The notes below the pieces were generated by a model. It was not told the origin of the DNA and did no database searches. It worked only from the letters and a program-made list of their open reading frames with translations. The position numbers were made by a program, and so were the translations under genes. From Octopus sinensis (lineage: Eukaryota): a stretch of 64,000 nt of DNA. The stretch is taken from the NCBI RefSeq assembly GCF_006345805.1, contig NC_043001.1, positions 116,808,001 through 116,872,000 on the forward strand, written 5' to 3'. Below, one piece after another: positions 12,381 to 25,159 of this stretch (positions are counted from its first letter, which is position 1; each line of letters begins with the position of its first letter).

Positions 12381-13563
12381 TTAATAAAATGGCCATCTTT
12401 CGATTTTGGGTTTCAGGGTTGCTATGATTGTTCGACAATTTCCGTAAAATTTTAATTTATTTACTTTTGTTTTTATGTCCTGTTGAAGCTGACGTTCGCT
12501 TTGAAGTGAATGAGCTAGGTGAAAAGTGAAACATGCTACCACGCGCGCACGTTTTCACTCTCCTTCTCTCTCTCTTTCTCTCTCTCACACGTACACCCAT
12601 TATCTTTCATATACACGAAAATACATACATACATTCATTCAGTCATTCATTCGAGAAATTAGGCTTCTCAAAACCAGAAAGGTGAAAGCTGATTCGAAGA
12701 CTACGGATCCAATCCATCACGGGAACTGTAAAAATCTGTAAAACTTTCCAGAAGTTTATCATTTAAGTATATATGAGCATGCCTAGACATGCAACTATAT
12801 GCACGAGAATACATACATAAAACAAAACATACAAATCTGCACACATGCATATATACATACATACATACATACATACATACATACAAAAATACCCTGTTGA
12901 TGTTATTGAAATTTCAATTAAGGAACCTTGGATCTAGGTTACAAACCGGCTCTTTCTCTATTGGCAAAAAATCTTGAAATAAAACTTAATAATGGCATAC
13001 ATACAAGCAAACAAAAAAAGATGTATGTATATGTATGTATATACGTATATGTGTGGCTAAATCCGTGTGCGCGTGGTAGCGTATGTTTTAGTTTTCCCCT
13101 TCCTCACCCACTTCAAAGCAAATGTCAGCTTCAACAGGACATGAAAATAAAGTAAGTAAATAAAAACTTTACGGAAATTGCCGAACAATCATAGCAACCC
13201 TGAAACCAAAAACTAAAAGATGGCCTTTGTTGGTCACCATGCATTATCTATAGTACACATTTTAAATTATTTTTTGAATAAATTTAGAACTTTTTCATAG
13301 TTCATCAGGCGGATGACAAATCCATGTCACATGTAGTCCGCTTCTCGAAAAAGGTTGGCCATGTTTGTTTTAATATATTGACTGCCAAAGTGGAAACGCA
13401 ATAAAAGCCTTCAACGCATAGAGATTGACCAATCGACTTAAGTGAGAAAAAACTCTGCAGCTGTGTTATTTTCTTATAAATATTTTAAAAGTTAACTATT
13501 GCAGTTATTGAACGAAGGTGAAAAAAAAAATCATTTGTAATTCTGATCAAAATATAGAGATTA

Positions 13564-13805
13564 TCTAATATATAAAATCTGTTCTGTCTGTCTGTTTGTG
13601 CGCTTATAACTCGAGTGTTGTTCAGCCGATCACGCTGAAATTTTAAACATGGATATATGAGAGAGCGGGGCATTCCGTAATCTAAAAAGATTCTCAAAAT
13701 AGCTTCAAAATGAGAATCGCTATTTTTGTAATCTTTTTGTCCTGTTTGTTCCGCCATTAAGATCAGCGTGTTTGCTCAGACAGCCGGCACATATCATTTC
13801 ACTAG
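13564..13805 (+). mobile_element. Non-autonomous Helitron-like 5' end
   Basis: A|TCTAATATATAAAA followed by (GTCT)n, typical of Helitron 5' termini; a CTAG at 13802-13805 has no convincing hairpin. Confidence 0.4.
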
Positions 13806-14355
13806 CAACAAAGGGAGCACAGGATGACAGTCAGCCAAAACCGTCGCTATGCTGTCTCTCTTCTTTCCTCTCTCTGTTTCTCTTAAGATGTGGGATTCCA
13901 CTTGACGTTGTATATATATTGTGTTAAGATTTGTTATCAATCAATTATCCTTATTGAGAAGAAAGTCAAAAGTAACCACCACATACAACCACCAAACATC
14001 TCCACTACTTAACACCGTCCAAGTTTGGGGTTAATAATCTTAATGTTTAGTTACGGTTTCTCATTCAAAGTACATAATAGGTAGAATTGTCGGCTGAAAA
14101 CAGAAGGGTGTTTTGAGTGAGATTTGGCTGCTATTTCTACCAGGTCTAGCTACCATGTAGAGGTCTGCCTCATTGGCTCATACATACACACACACATATA
14201 TAAAATCGAAATAAAATGCTTAAAGCAACAGTCGTCAAATACAAAAGCCAAGGTCAACGCAGTGTCATGGGCCAAATAAATTTCCCACTTCTTGCCTAAT
14301 GCGAGCCCAGAGCAATCTCTTATCTCTTACACTATTTCAGTATCTCTTATTATAA

Positions 14356-14857
14356 TCTATTAATAAAAGGTAGCATGTGTGTGTGTGTACATGAATGTAA
14401 TTTATGTACGTCCACGAATTAGCACGCATGTCGCTCCAATTTTAGGAGGACATTTGTCACGATCATGGCTGTGCTTTTGTCAACTTAATTTCCCCGAGGC
14501 ACCAGCAGATAGCGGTAAAAATCGATTTTCGACCATAACTTTTACCAATTTTGAAAGTCTGTGAAATCTGTATATTTGCTAGCATGAGTTAAGTCTCCTT
14601 TTTGGAATGGCGAACAATATTGTGTGTGTGTGTGTGTGAGGGAGAGAGTGACAGCGTACATTTTAAAAATTTATTTTTCTTTGCATTTTTTGAGTGGGTG
14701 ATTGACTGAGAGAGAGAGAGAGATAGCGTAATGCCCCCCCCTCTCTGTGTCAAACACTAAAAAAAGATGCGAGAAAAAGTAAATAAACAAAATTTACGCT
14801 ATGTATCTCTCTCTCACACACTTTCCCTCTCTCCCTCTCACACAGCAACACACTTTG

Positions 14858-14916
<59 letters not shown>

Positions 14917-15751
14917 ATCTATATCTCTCTCAGTCAATCACTCAAAAAAGATGCGAGGAAAAATAAATTTAAAAAAATGTACGCTGTCACTCTTTCCCTC
15001 ACACACATACACACACACAGACATCAACACACACCTTATCTCTCTCTCTCTCTCTTTCTCACATACACACACTTTCTATCTCGCACCCCACCATCAATAT
15101 ATACACACGTCCCTTTCATTTTCTCTCTCTTTCACTTTATGCTGACATCAAACGAAATGTACACTTCCTGTTAAAAAAAAAAACAAATAAAAATATTTTA
15201 CGGAATTTAACGAACGTTGTACCTTAACAGCTGATAGATCATTGACAACTCTGTGACTCAAAACAAAGGATAGCCCTCGCTGAAACTTATCGCCTGCCAT
15301 AAAATCTTCGATGATATAATGATATCAGAAATAAATCACTGCTTTAATCCCCACTCAGAAAAACCTACCATCCAATGAGTGGAACACCTGAAACGGCACG
15401 TTTTCACTTAAAACAACAACTCAAATGGGATAAAGAGTACACGCATGACAACAACAATAACACCAAGTGTGTGTGTGTGTGTGTGTGTGTAGACTTACAA
15501 TATATCCTATTAAGAAAATTTTACGCAATCATTCAGTAAAACTCAAATAAATTAAAGAGTACACGCTTTATCCACCTAAACAGTGCAACGGGACCCTCTT
15601 GGTAGTCAAGTCCCTGAGGCCACCATTGTTACGGGATCTGGGAGTAGGGAAATGTTTGACGTCAGTGTAACTTAGTTCGGTTTGAAACAAAGCGCTTGAT
15701 TAGGTTAATAATCCTAACTCAATCCCGGGCAACGCCGGGCTATACTGCTAG
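14356..15751 (+). mobile_element. Non-autonomous Helitron with internal microsatellites and a ~185-bp tandem duplication
   Basis: A|TC 5' end (inferred); 3' hairpin CCCGGGCAACGCCGGG (15724-15739) followed by CTAG (15748-15751). Confidence 0.6.
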
Positions 15752-15999
15752 CTACGTCTATTGTAATGTGAGATAATACTTTCAGTTTGAAAGAAGTCTG
15801 TCCTATATATATATATATATATATATATTATTCCTTATGCATTCCAAAACCTAGTTGCATATTTTGATGTATGAGGTATCAAAAGATTCAGTACTATTTC
15901 AGGTACAAATTAAACTTAATTTCCATTCACATATTTGCATTTCGAACATTTAAAATTATAATCTTTTCCATAAATCAACGATCGTAAACATTTTATACG

Positions 16000-17241
16000 A
16001 TGACGTCACATTTTCTATATGTGTGTGTACCTTAAAAGACATCTATCAACACGACACACACCTTTACTCACTCTATCTCTCTTTTTCAATCTCTTTCTCT
16101 CTCTCACGCACAACCGTACTCACGCACGCACACACACACACGCGCGCGCGCGTCCATTTCATATAGACGTACATACATCTTTCACTTTCTTTCTCTGTCC
16201 TTTTCGCTTTGTCTTCTTTCAATTTCTGCTCTCTTCAAATAATTTTTTACGGAATGAGCGGGAGAAACACAGAAAAGACGTAATCTCTCCAGAAACAAGT
16301 ATAAAGCAAGGAGGATTGTAGAAAACCGAAGGTGAGAGTCTGAACAGAGAAGTGAGATGAGATTTTCTCAAGATCAGCAAATGCATGTTGCAGCACTTAA
16401 TGCTGGATCAGTAAATCAATGTTTTAATGATTAGACAGAGGTCCAGTAGAATAGCTCTCAGAAACAGACTACGTACAAATTCATTCTTCGCAACTTTTGA
16501 AACTGTTTTCAGATATGATCCATCCCATTCTTATAAAAATGATAACCCTGTCCAAATTGGTGTGCTAAACACAAATTGTCGTTTCTGCAGTGCTTTAAAA
16601 TTTTCAAATGAAACAAATGGTATGTGCTGCTCAGGTGGTCAGGTAACATTGCCAGCACTACCAGCTCCTTCTCAACCTCTTATGGATCTTCTAGAAGGCA
16701 CTTCCATCCAGTCAAAGGATTTTCTGAACAATATCAGGTAATACAACTCTGCATTTCAAATGACATCGTTTGGTGCATCTAAGAAGATAAACACGAGTTT
16801 ACGCTGACGTCAAAGTTCTAGGGCAAGTCTGTCACCTCATTGGTTCCCTGCTGTCCAAAAATGAACAACCACAGATCCTCCAAATTTACTTTATGAGTGA
16901 TGTAGGACAACAAACCCGAAGGAGGTGTTAAAATTTCAGATGATGGGTCGTGTTAGACACAGCTCTGACTGCTGCAAATGAGAGTATATCCACTGACATC
17001 TTTTCTGTGCGTTCAAAAATCACATAACCCCCACCTCCAATTTTCCATCACAGGTTAGGGCCTGAAATACCCCAAACGGATGCATAGCATGCTGCTTAGT
17101 CAAATTAGCCCAGCATTTACTCCACAAATGTTTTCTTGTCAATGCTGCACTTTCCCATATCACCTGCTTCACCATAACTGTAATATATTATATACAAACT
17201 ATGCCATTTTAATCCCGAGCAACGCCGGGTATCTCTGTTAG
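16000..17241 (+). mobile_element. Helitron deletion derivative carrying the RepHel N-terminus
   Basis: ~16253-16930 translates ...IGVLNTNCRFCSALKFSNETNGMCCSGGQVTLPALP...FLNNIR*YNSAFQMTSFGA; 3' hairpin CCCGAGCAACGCCGGG (17214-17229) then TTAG|T. 5' boundary uncertain. Confidence 0.85.
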
Positions 17242-17332
17242 TATAAATATAACCAACAATATTAACGTATATATTTATATATATACTGTTTTTACTGCAA
17301 ATTTTTATGATTATTTACCCTAGGAAAGGCGA

Positions 17333-17520
17333 CAAGCTGACAGAAAAATTAGCACGCTTAGCGGCATTTCATCGGTTTTTACGTTCTGAGTTCAAATTCC
17401 GTCGACGTCGACTGTGCCTTTCATCCTTTCAGATGAGTACCAGTTGTGCCGAGGTCGATGCGATCGACTTACTCTCCCCACTCAATTGCCAGGCCTTGAG
17501 CCTATAGAAGAAAGGAGTAT
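17333..17520 (+). mobile_element. SINE family B, diverged
   Basis: GGCGACAAGCTGACAGAAAAATTAGC head and family core. Confidence 0.7.
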
Positions 17521-17837
17521 TTACACCAAATTGTTCTGTTACTCCTGGAGTGATTGATAAAGGGAAATGCTGATAGAGGGGGGTGCGGCAGAAAGAAATA
17601 GAAATGCATCCTTTGTCGTTTTTCCATTTTCTTCAATTCCCTTTCCTCTTTATATTCTCCTTTTTGTCTTTTTCTCATTTTTATTCCCCCACTCCCTTTT
17701 CTCTACATCCTTTTTTAAAATTTGCGAGGTCACCCCTTTTCTTTTCCCATTCCTCTGGGGTTCTGTCCATCTGTATCTCAGTCTACATTTGCTCAATATT
17801 TACATATTATACCTTTTTGGAATCGGGATGATTCTGG

Positions 17838-19302
17838 TGTAAAGATTTCAAGTTACCCCCGTTTCAAGCTACCTCTCGTTAATCTGAAATCGATTTCAGA
17901 TTACTACCGCGCTGTTCACATTAACCCCTCAAATGATTTTGCTAAAATAATAAATTCTGAGACAACTCCTGCTATTTTTATAACATTAAACACCGATTAC
18001 ATTCAAGATTGTAAACTAATCTTAAAATAAGACGATGATATTATATATTTTTAACACTTTTATGATGCGCTGAAAAGAACATGTCGAATTTCAGAGATTC
18101 TGTGTTTGCAATTTAAAAAAAAATAAAACCCTCTTTTTTTTTGTTAATGAGAAAGTAATTTGGATTATAGTACTTTTTTGCCATAGATATGTAGCAGATG
18201 GATGTTGTTTATAGTGGAGTGAGTTGACAGAATGTAACGATAAGAGATTGATTTGATGAACGATATGTGTTTTATATACAAACTGAAATTTATTTATACA
18301 CTTTAACTTGGTAACGAAATGTATTTATATACATTAAAACATCACCGCAGTTTTTTTCGTTTTTTTTTTCTTAGTTTGGTGTTTGGGTATCTTGATTTTC
18401 GTATTTTGTTTTTCGTTTTTTACTTGCTAGTGGTTGCTCAATATATCGAATGAGGTTGGTAGCATTTACTTTCTTTCTTAGTACTTTACTGTTATTTGAA
18501 AGTTGATAGGTATTTTTGCCACAAACTTCTGCAACAGTGTAAGGACCTGTGCAGCGTTCCGTAAAATGTCCTCTCGAATTAGGTTTTTGAGCAGAACTAT
18601 ATTTCCAATACCAAACTGCTGTTGCTCGTGTTTTTTTTTTATCGAATTGTTCTTTTTGAACGGACTCAGCTATTCTAATATTGGAAGCAACTCGAGAAAT
18701 CAAACTGTCCCGAATAACGTCAATTTTTCTGGATATAGGTTGATCATTTCTAAAATTGTCCCGATCTTTGGCAGTTGAGTTGTGCTGTAGTTCAGCTGGA
18801 AGTGAAAGCTTGCCTGTTGCATAAAATTTGAAACGGGGTAAAATGAGTCGAAGAATGTTTGGCTGTTCGATGCGCAAACAGAACTGCTGGTAAGCATTCA
18901 ACCCAGTTACCGCGGTCCTCAAGGGATTTGATAAAAGCATCTTTTATAGTGCGATTCTATCGCTCGACGAGGCCATTTGCTCGAAGGCTTATGTGCTGCT
19001 GTGTTCCTGTCAGTTTATGTAGCTCTGCAGACACTCTGCTTACGAATTCTCTTGAATCATTTATCTGAATTTTTCAAAGAGAAACTTCCCCACACTTTCC
19101 GCTGTGTGATCTTTCAAAGGTCGAGCCTCAGGCCATTTGGAAAAGTATCCATTACAACAACAATGCAACAATAACCATAATCTGTTTTTGGCAAATTGGT
19201 GATATCGATTCCAATTTAGGCCATCGCTTCATTTGGTACAGGAACGGGATGAAGCTCACCAACATTAATTTTGTGAACAAGGTTCATTTTTGACACCGAT
19301 CA
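17838..19302 (-). pseudogene. Ginger/GIN-type (gypsy-like) DDE integrase remnant with GPY/F domain
   Basis: DRCQ..ELHPVPVPNEAMA*IGIDITNLPKTDYGYCCIVV..YFSKWPEARPLKDHTAESVGKFLFE, then TGPYTVAEVCGKNTYQL..KVNATNLIRY (ORF 18371..18940). Putative TGT terminus at 17838 is tentative. Confidence 0.8.
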
Positions 19303-19744
19303 CTGGACAGGGAAAGGGAGAAAATGTGTTTATTCCAAGAATTCCAACAGACATACCCGTTAAATTCAAAAGACTTCAATTTCCAGTAAGAGTTAGTTTT
19401 GCAATGTCAAGGACAGTCACTGAAAATTGTTGAACCTCACCTCATACAGCAGTGCTTTTCCCGTGTTCAGCTCTATACTGGTTGTTCCAGAGAAGAAAAT
19501 AGCAACAATCTCTTCATACTCACACCAAATGGTAAAGCTAAGAATATTGTTTATCCTGCTTCTTTACGGTGAGCTTCAAATATCACAGTGATACAAAATT
19601 CTCCAAATGTGATACTCTATGATATAAATCTGAGATGGTAGGATACCAATAAATGTTTTATTATTATTTCCCTCATAAGTTTTGGGCCGCAAGCCCAATT
19701 AGCCCTCCGCAGAAGCTACCTTAAAAGTCCGGCTTTGGAGCTAG
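19298..19744 (+). mobile_element. Helitron 3' end encoding the Pif1-helicase C-terminus
   Basis: ITGQGKGENVFIPRIP..FKRLQFPVRVSFAM..GQSLKIV..QLYTGCSR..KAKNIVYP; GC-rich hairpins and terminal CTAG|T at 19741-19745. Confidence 0.88.
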
Positions 19745-20545
19745 TATACATATAAAATTTAGCGTCCACTTTCCCATGCTTGCATGAGTCGGACAGAGTT
19801 TATTGTGGCAGATTTTCTATGGCCAGATGCGTATCATGTTGCCAGTCCACACCTGTTTCCAAGCAAGGTAATATTTCCCGTAGACAATAATTTTCTCATA
19901 AATATTAGAAATGAATAACACAGCTTGTATGGCAGTAACAATTACTTAACGACTGTTACACGATGTCAAGACAAGGAGACACAAACATACACACACATAC
20001 ATACATATATGATAAATAGTGCCACACATTGGGAGTGAACCCAGAACCCTGTGGTCGGGAAGCAAAATTCTTACCACACCTCCACGCTTGTGCCCCCCAC
20101 CCCGCCGCCCCAAGCAAACCCTTCTCTCTTACCTGCTTATCCTCACATCACCACCTCTGACACACGTTTGAGTAAACTTTACAAGAAACTTTAAAAGCCT
20201 TATCTGATGTTTGTGTTTGATAATGATTTTAACGAGGCCAAAGGTTGTGTTCATGAGAGGTGAGTGTATATGGTGAGTAATTGCTAGTACTAAAAACTTG
20301 CAAGGAGTGCAGTAGGAGTGATTGCCTCTCTTGGCAAATAAATTAATGGTCTTTGGGAAAGGCATGACTACCATAACGTCTCTTGCATTATCACACGTAA
20401 AGGAAACAAAATACTAAGTTTGATGTGTCAAAAGTAATTATCAATGAATGTTGTTTAACTCCACTCACTCGTAATCTGAATGTCTTCCGTGGCGAAGACA
20501 TTCTAACCTTGATAGTCTTGATTTTTTTTTTGTACAAAAATAGTG

Positions 20546-20973
20546 GGATCTTTTCGGTTTGAACGGCAGTTTTTTCTAGCTGTGTCATATGAAATTGTCA
20601 CCCATAATTATGACCCAAGAATCGATCTATTGCATTTCAATCTCTTTTAGGTTAGAGTTAGTTAGGGGTGGGGGTGGGGAGAAGGGTATCTTTTTTTCTT
20701 CATAAATGCAAATAAACCCAATCTGTTTCTTAAACGAGGGACATATTCATACGGCACAATGTTTTTTTTTTACCTCAATGGACGTCAGTGATTGGTTGAA
20801 ATTTCAGAAATTGAAGAAAATAAACAACAAATATCTTACAAACTATGAAATTTTCTCAATAAAGCCAAGAGAAAAAGATGTTTTATAAACACATTCTACC
20901 AGTATACGAAGTTTAAAATTTTTTAGTTACCTAAAAATTATGATAAAAACTGCCGTTCAAACCGAAAAGATCC
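20546..20973. mobile_element. Merlin-like MITE (type A)
   Basis: Perfect 29-bp TIR GGATCTTTTCGGTTTGAACGGCAGTTTTT; exact 8-bp TSD AAATAGTG (20538-20545, 20974-20981). Confidence 0.9.
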
Positions 20974-22402
20974 AAATAGTGTATTTAGGGGCACATTATC
21001 TAACATGTTCTTTGCCTTTTGAATACGGTTGTAATTTGAGGGAGATTTGGTTGCCGTTTCTAGCAATTTGGTTAACCATGTTGGCAGGAAGTTGAATATT
21101 GTACTCAATGTCAGGTAGCGAATTGGTAGAATCATTCGAGGGTCGCGTAGAATGTTTTGAGGTATTTGTTTTGGCTCTCCACTTTCTGATTTCAAATCCC
21201 ACCAAGGCCAACTTTGTCTTTCAACCTGCAGATTCGATACAGTATCTGCAGGGTCTCCAAGAGGAATTTGGGAAGTGGAACAAGACTGCTTTCGTCTTCT
21301 CTTATCAGAATTAGAGAATTTCAAAAGTCAAGATGGTTGTGAGTTGTGTTTGTTTTATTTTAAGGGGTCCATTCCATCTCCATAAGTCTCTGTGGGCCAA
21401 CGCACCCGCTGAACTCCGCCTCATCTAGGCTCTAGTACTGTCAAGTACAGGGTACCAATTCTCTCTCTCTCTCTGAATCGGCCTCGTTGAAGGGTCCGGG
21501 AAAGGTGCGCTGACATAGCGGTCCCGCCAATCTATAGAAACACGTATGAAAGTGTTGAGAATATGATAATGAGAGCTAATGAACGGCTTCAAATCCTGCA
21601 TCTGCATTATTTCTACACAACTTTCACGTTTTTCTTTCGGACCAAGGAAACCTATGCGGTCGTTCGACCTACTAAACATATCAGCTAAATGTTCTACAAG
21701 TTACACTCTACCGTCTCAAAAAAAAAAAAAAAGAAAAAAGAAAAAGTCTCATATTTTGCAATACTAGAGTAAAGATATGATGGTCATGCTTGGAATGCCA
21801 TTGATCAGTAAGGTTTGATGGATTAGGACTGACGTGGTTGCTAGATAACTGCTGCTACTAGAGCTACATTTTTTTTTATCAACCTAGCCACATTGTAACA
21901 TCCATTCTCTTCACATGCCATCCTCTCTGACATATATCAATCAACCTGTATAAGCTTCCAATAAACACCTGTTCTAGTTTTTTTTCCTTACCTGTCATGT
22001 ACGAAAATGCGGAACCGGGCGCAAAAATCATGTTAGTAGTTAATTACCTGTCTCCCTAAATCTCATGTCTGTCCCCACGTTTAGTTTAGCACAAAATCAC
22101 TCCCTAAATCTGTCGATCCCTACATTTGGCTTAGCACAAAATCAGCCATGTTATGCGATTAAGTTGGTTGGTTTGATCGTCCCCGAGTTGTAAGGAGAAG
22201 AAAAACAAAATTACCAAAGGAAAAACAAAAATTGAGAAGATTTAACTACTCATGAAATGAAAAAATTGAACATTTTTTATTTCGTAATTCGGGTCATTAA
22301 GATCTATATTATAGATTTTCTTCTATGTTATGTGTGAGTGCGTATGAGAGAGGGAGAGAGCAATTGAGAAACAGTTTATCTAATAACGAAAGCCATAACA
22401 GC

Positions 22403-22467
<65 letters not shown>

Positions 22468-22914
22468 AATACAAAATATTGAAATTATTCTTTGGAGCAA
22501 AGAGTTGGTCCCTAAATATCAAATTCTTTTGTCTCATGGAGTTCGAACTGATTTAAATTTACGATCTTTGCTGCATGATTTTGTCGTCTCTCAGGTCACC
22601 ACTAATTCCCGTAACCTCTTTTTTTTTTTATCTAATTTTAATGTCCTACATTCAAAGGACGGTTATAACTACCGTTTAGCGTCCACAACGACCTTGCCTA
22701 TTTCCTTATAACTTTCTTAGTGTTTTTTTTTGTTTTTTTTTATGACAGAAGGCTATATGTTTGAGGCGAGTAATTAAATCGATCCCAGTAAATGATTGTT
22801 ACTTTATTTTATCGACTCGGGAAGGATGAAAAAACAAAGTGAGATGTAAACTCAGAAGAAAAAATATCCTGAAAATTACCAAAAGCACTTTCGGCTGACT
22901 ATCTTAATAATATA

Positions 22915-23021
22915 TTGGATTGGCAACCAAGTTCCCGCCATTTTTTTTAAATTTTGGAATTTATTGCGTTTTTAAATTTTGGAATCTATTTTTCTCGAGA
23001 ATTCTATTTTTAATCATTTTG

Positions 23022-23105
<84 letters not shown>

Positions 23106-23770
23106 CTAGTTAATTTTAGTTTTTCAGATCATTAAAATGCAATGTCAAGTTAAGAAAAACAACCATTTTGGACACCTCCTTCTTTTTTGCTTTTAATCAA
23201 GGTTCTAAGGCTGCAAAAAATGTTCGCGACATTTGTGCTATGTATGGAGAGAGTGCCATAGCTAAAAGAACCGCTCGTGATTGGTATGCCAAGTTCAAAA
23301 ATGGAAATTTTGACCTCAAAGACGCATCTCGTTCTGACCGTCCAGTTGAGTTCGATGAAGAGCGATTAAGCCAATTTTTGCCCGAAAATTCTTGTGAAAC
23401 GACAAGGGAACTGGAAAAGAAAATGGAATGCTCCTACACTGGTATAGAGAAGCATCCACATTCGATGGGAAAGGTTCAGAAGTGTGGAGCATGGGTTCCG
23501 CATGCTTTAAGTAACAACAACAAAAATCAACGAGCCACAATCTCCGCTGGTTTGCTTGCTCGTCACCGCTCAACTCATGGAGACAAGCAACGATTTCTTT
23601 ACCGAATCGTTACTCGCGTCGAAAAATGGTGACTGTACATCAATATGAAGTAGCGTAAGGAATGGCTTAGCTCTGGTAAACAAGCGACACCGCGTGTGAA
23701 ACAAGATCTTCCGCGTAAAACGATGTTGTGCGTATGGTGGGACTGGGAAGGGATTATCCATTACGAATTG
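22915..23770 (+). pseudogene. Mariner transposon 5' half (TIR plus transposase to WWDWEG), 3'-truncated
   Basis: TA|TTGGATTGGCAACCAAGTTCCCGCC TIR; ATG at 23137; HTH region, WVPHAL, IVTRVEKW (catalytic D lost), MLCVWWDWEGIIHYEL; (TA)n expansion 23025-23088 in the 5' UTR. Confidence 0.9.
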
Positions 23771-24646
23771 AAGAAAAAAACAACAAATATCTTACAAACT
23801 ATAGAATTTTCTCAATAAAGCCAAGAGAAAAAGATGTTGGATCTTTTCCTTTTGAACGGCAGACAATTTCTAGTTTACTAAGCACTTTAAAACTTCGTAT
23901 ACTGGTAGAATGTGTCAAAATAAAACATTTTTTTCTCTTGGCTTTCTTGAGAAAATTGTAATTTGTTTGTTTAACGTAGTTTAATTTTTCGAATTTTGAG
24001 CTAAAATCATTTGCTGCGTCTAAAACTGAGACAACATCCTGTCACAAACCCTCAATCTAACCCTAACCCTAAATTTTTTTCTTAATTGTTAAATTAATTT
24101 AATTGTTACGCGTGTAAAAAAAACCGAAAACAATGGAAAATAATTTAAACAATTAACAATTTCCGTATATGTACGGAAAGTGTGTGTATAAAATTATAGA
24201 ATTATTTTGTTTGTTAATTGTTTAAATTATTTTCCATTGCTTTCGTTTTTTTTTACACGCATAACAATTAAGAAAAAAAAAGTTAGGGTTAGGTTGAGGG
24301 TTTGTGACAGGATGTTGTCTCAGTTTTAGACGCAGCAAATGATTTTAGCTCACTAGAGGCGATTCATTGGTTAAAATTGCCGAAATGCTCGAAATTTCAG
24401 ACGAAATATCTTACAAACTATAGAATTTTCTCAATAAAACCAAGAGAAAATGATGTTTTATAAACACATTCTACCAGTATATGAAGTTTAAAACTTTTTA
24501 GTTACCTAGAAATTATGTTACAAAGTGCCTTTCAAAAGGAAAAGATCCAAGATGTTTTATAAACACATTCTACCAGTATACGAAGTTTAAAACTTTTTAG
24601 TTACCTAGAAATTATGTAAAAACTGCCGTTCAAACCGAAAAGATCC
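23766..24646. mobile_element. Right half of a type-A Merlin-like MITE interrupted by a foldback element
   Basis: Matches 20810-20973 once 23839-24556 is removed; ends AAAAACTGCCGTTCAAACCGAAAAGATCC. Confidence 0.85.
23839..24548. mobile_element. Merlin-like foldback element (type B), largely palindromic
   Basis: Termini GGATCTTTTCCTTTTGAA; exact 8-bp TSD AAGATGTT (23831-23838, 24549-24556); ~130-bp imperfect outer arms and an inner palindrome 23998-24351. Confidence 0.9.
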
Positions 24647-25159
24647 AAAACAAAAATTAAAAATTAAAAAATTCCCGTCAAAATGGGATAAATCCAACTT
24701 ACGTGGGTATCCTGATTCTATACCCCGCCTTGATCAAAAATGGCCCTTTTATTTTATCCAAATTTATTTTATCAGTGCGATTTGAACGCAAAACAAAATA
24801 AGTCAGGACAAATACCATAAGATATTATGCCAACATTCAACAATTCTGCTAATCTATCGCCTGTCATGTATTTTAAATGTCACCAATTTTGACAGACTCT
24901 TGACTTCATTATACACTAGACAATATTTTACCTGTCTGTGTTAAATGATTGTGTTAGACCAAATCTAAGATACTGTATGTGACTAGTTATATGTATTTGT
25001 CTGCTTTAGTGTGTTTACTTACTATCGTCTGTAATCAAGGTCAGATCATAAAACAACCTGGAACCTTTTTATGTGTCACATTCATTACCTATTTTTACCC
25101 CGGCAATATTTGAAATTCTTTCTAAAGGCATTTATTTTTGTATACTTCCACTTTATTTA

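Noticed and set aside
21509-21538. SIDWRD motif reminiscent of papain-family proteases
   Set aside because: No following QG.CGSCW or splice signals; chance match.
24050-24300. TAACCC/TTAGGG repeats as an interstitial telomere
   Set aside because: Only 2-3 units, and they are internal parts of the foldback element.
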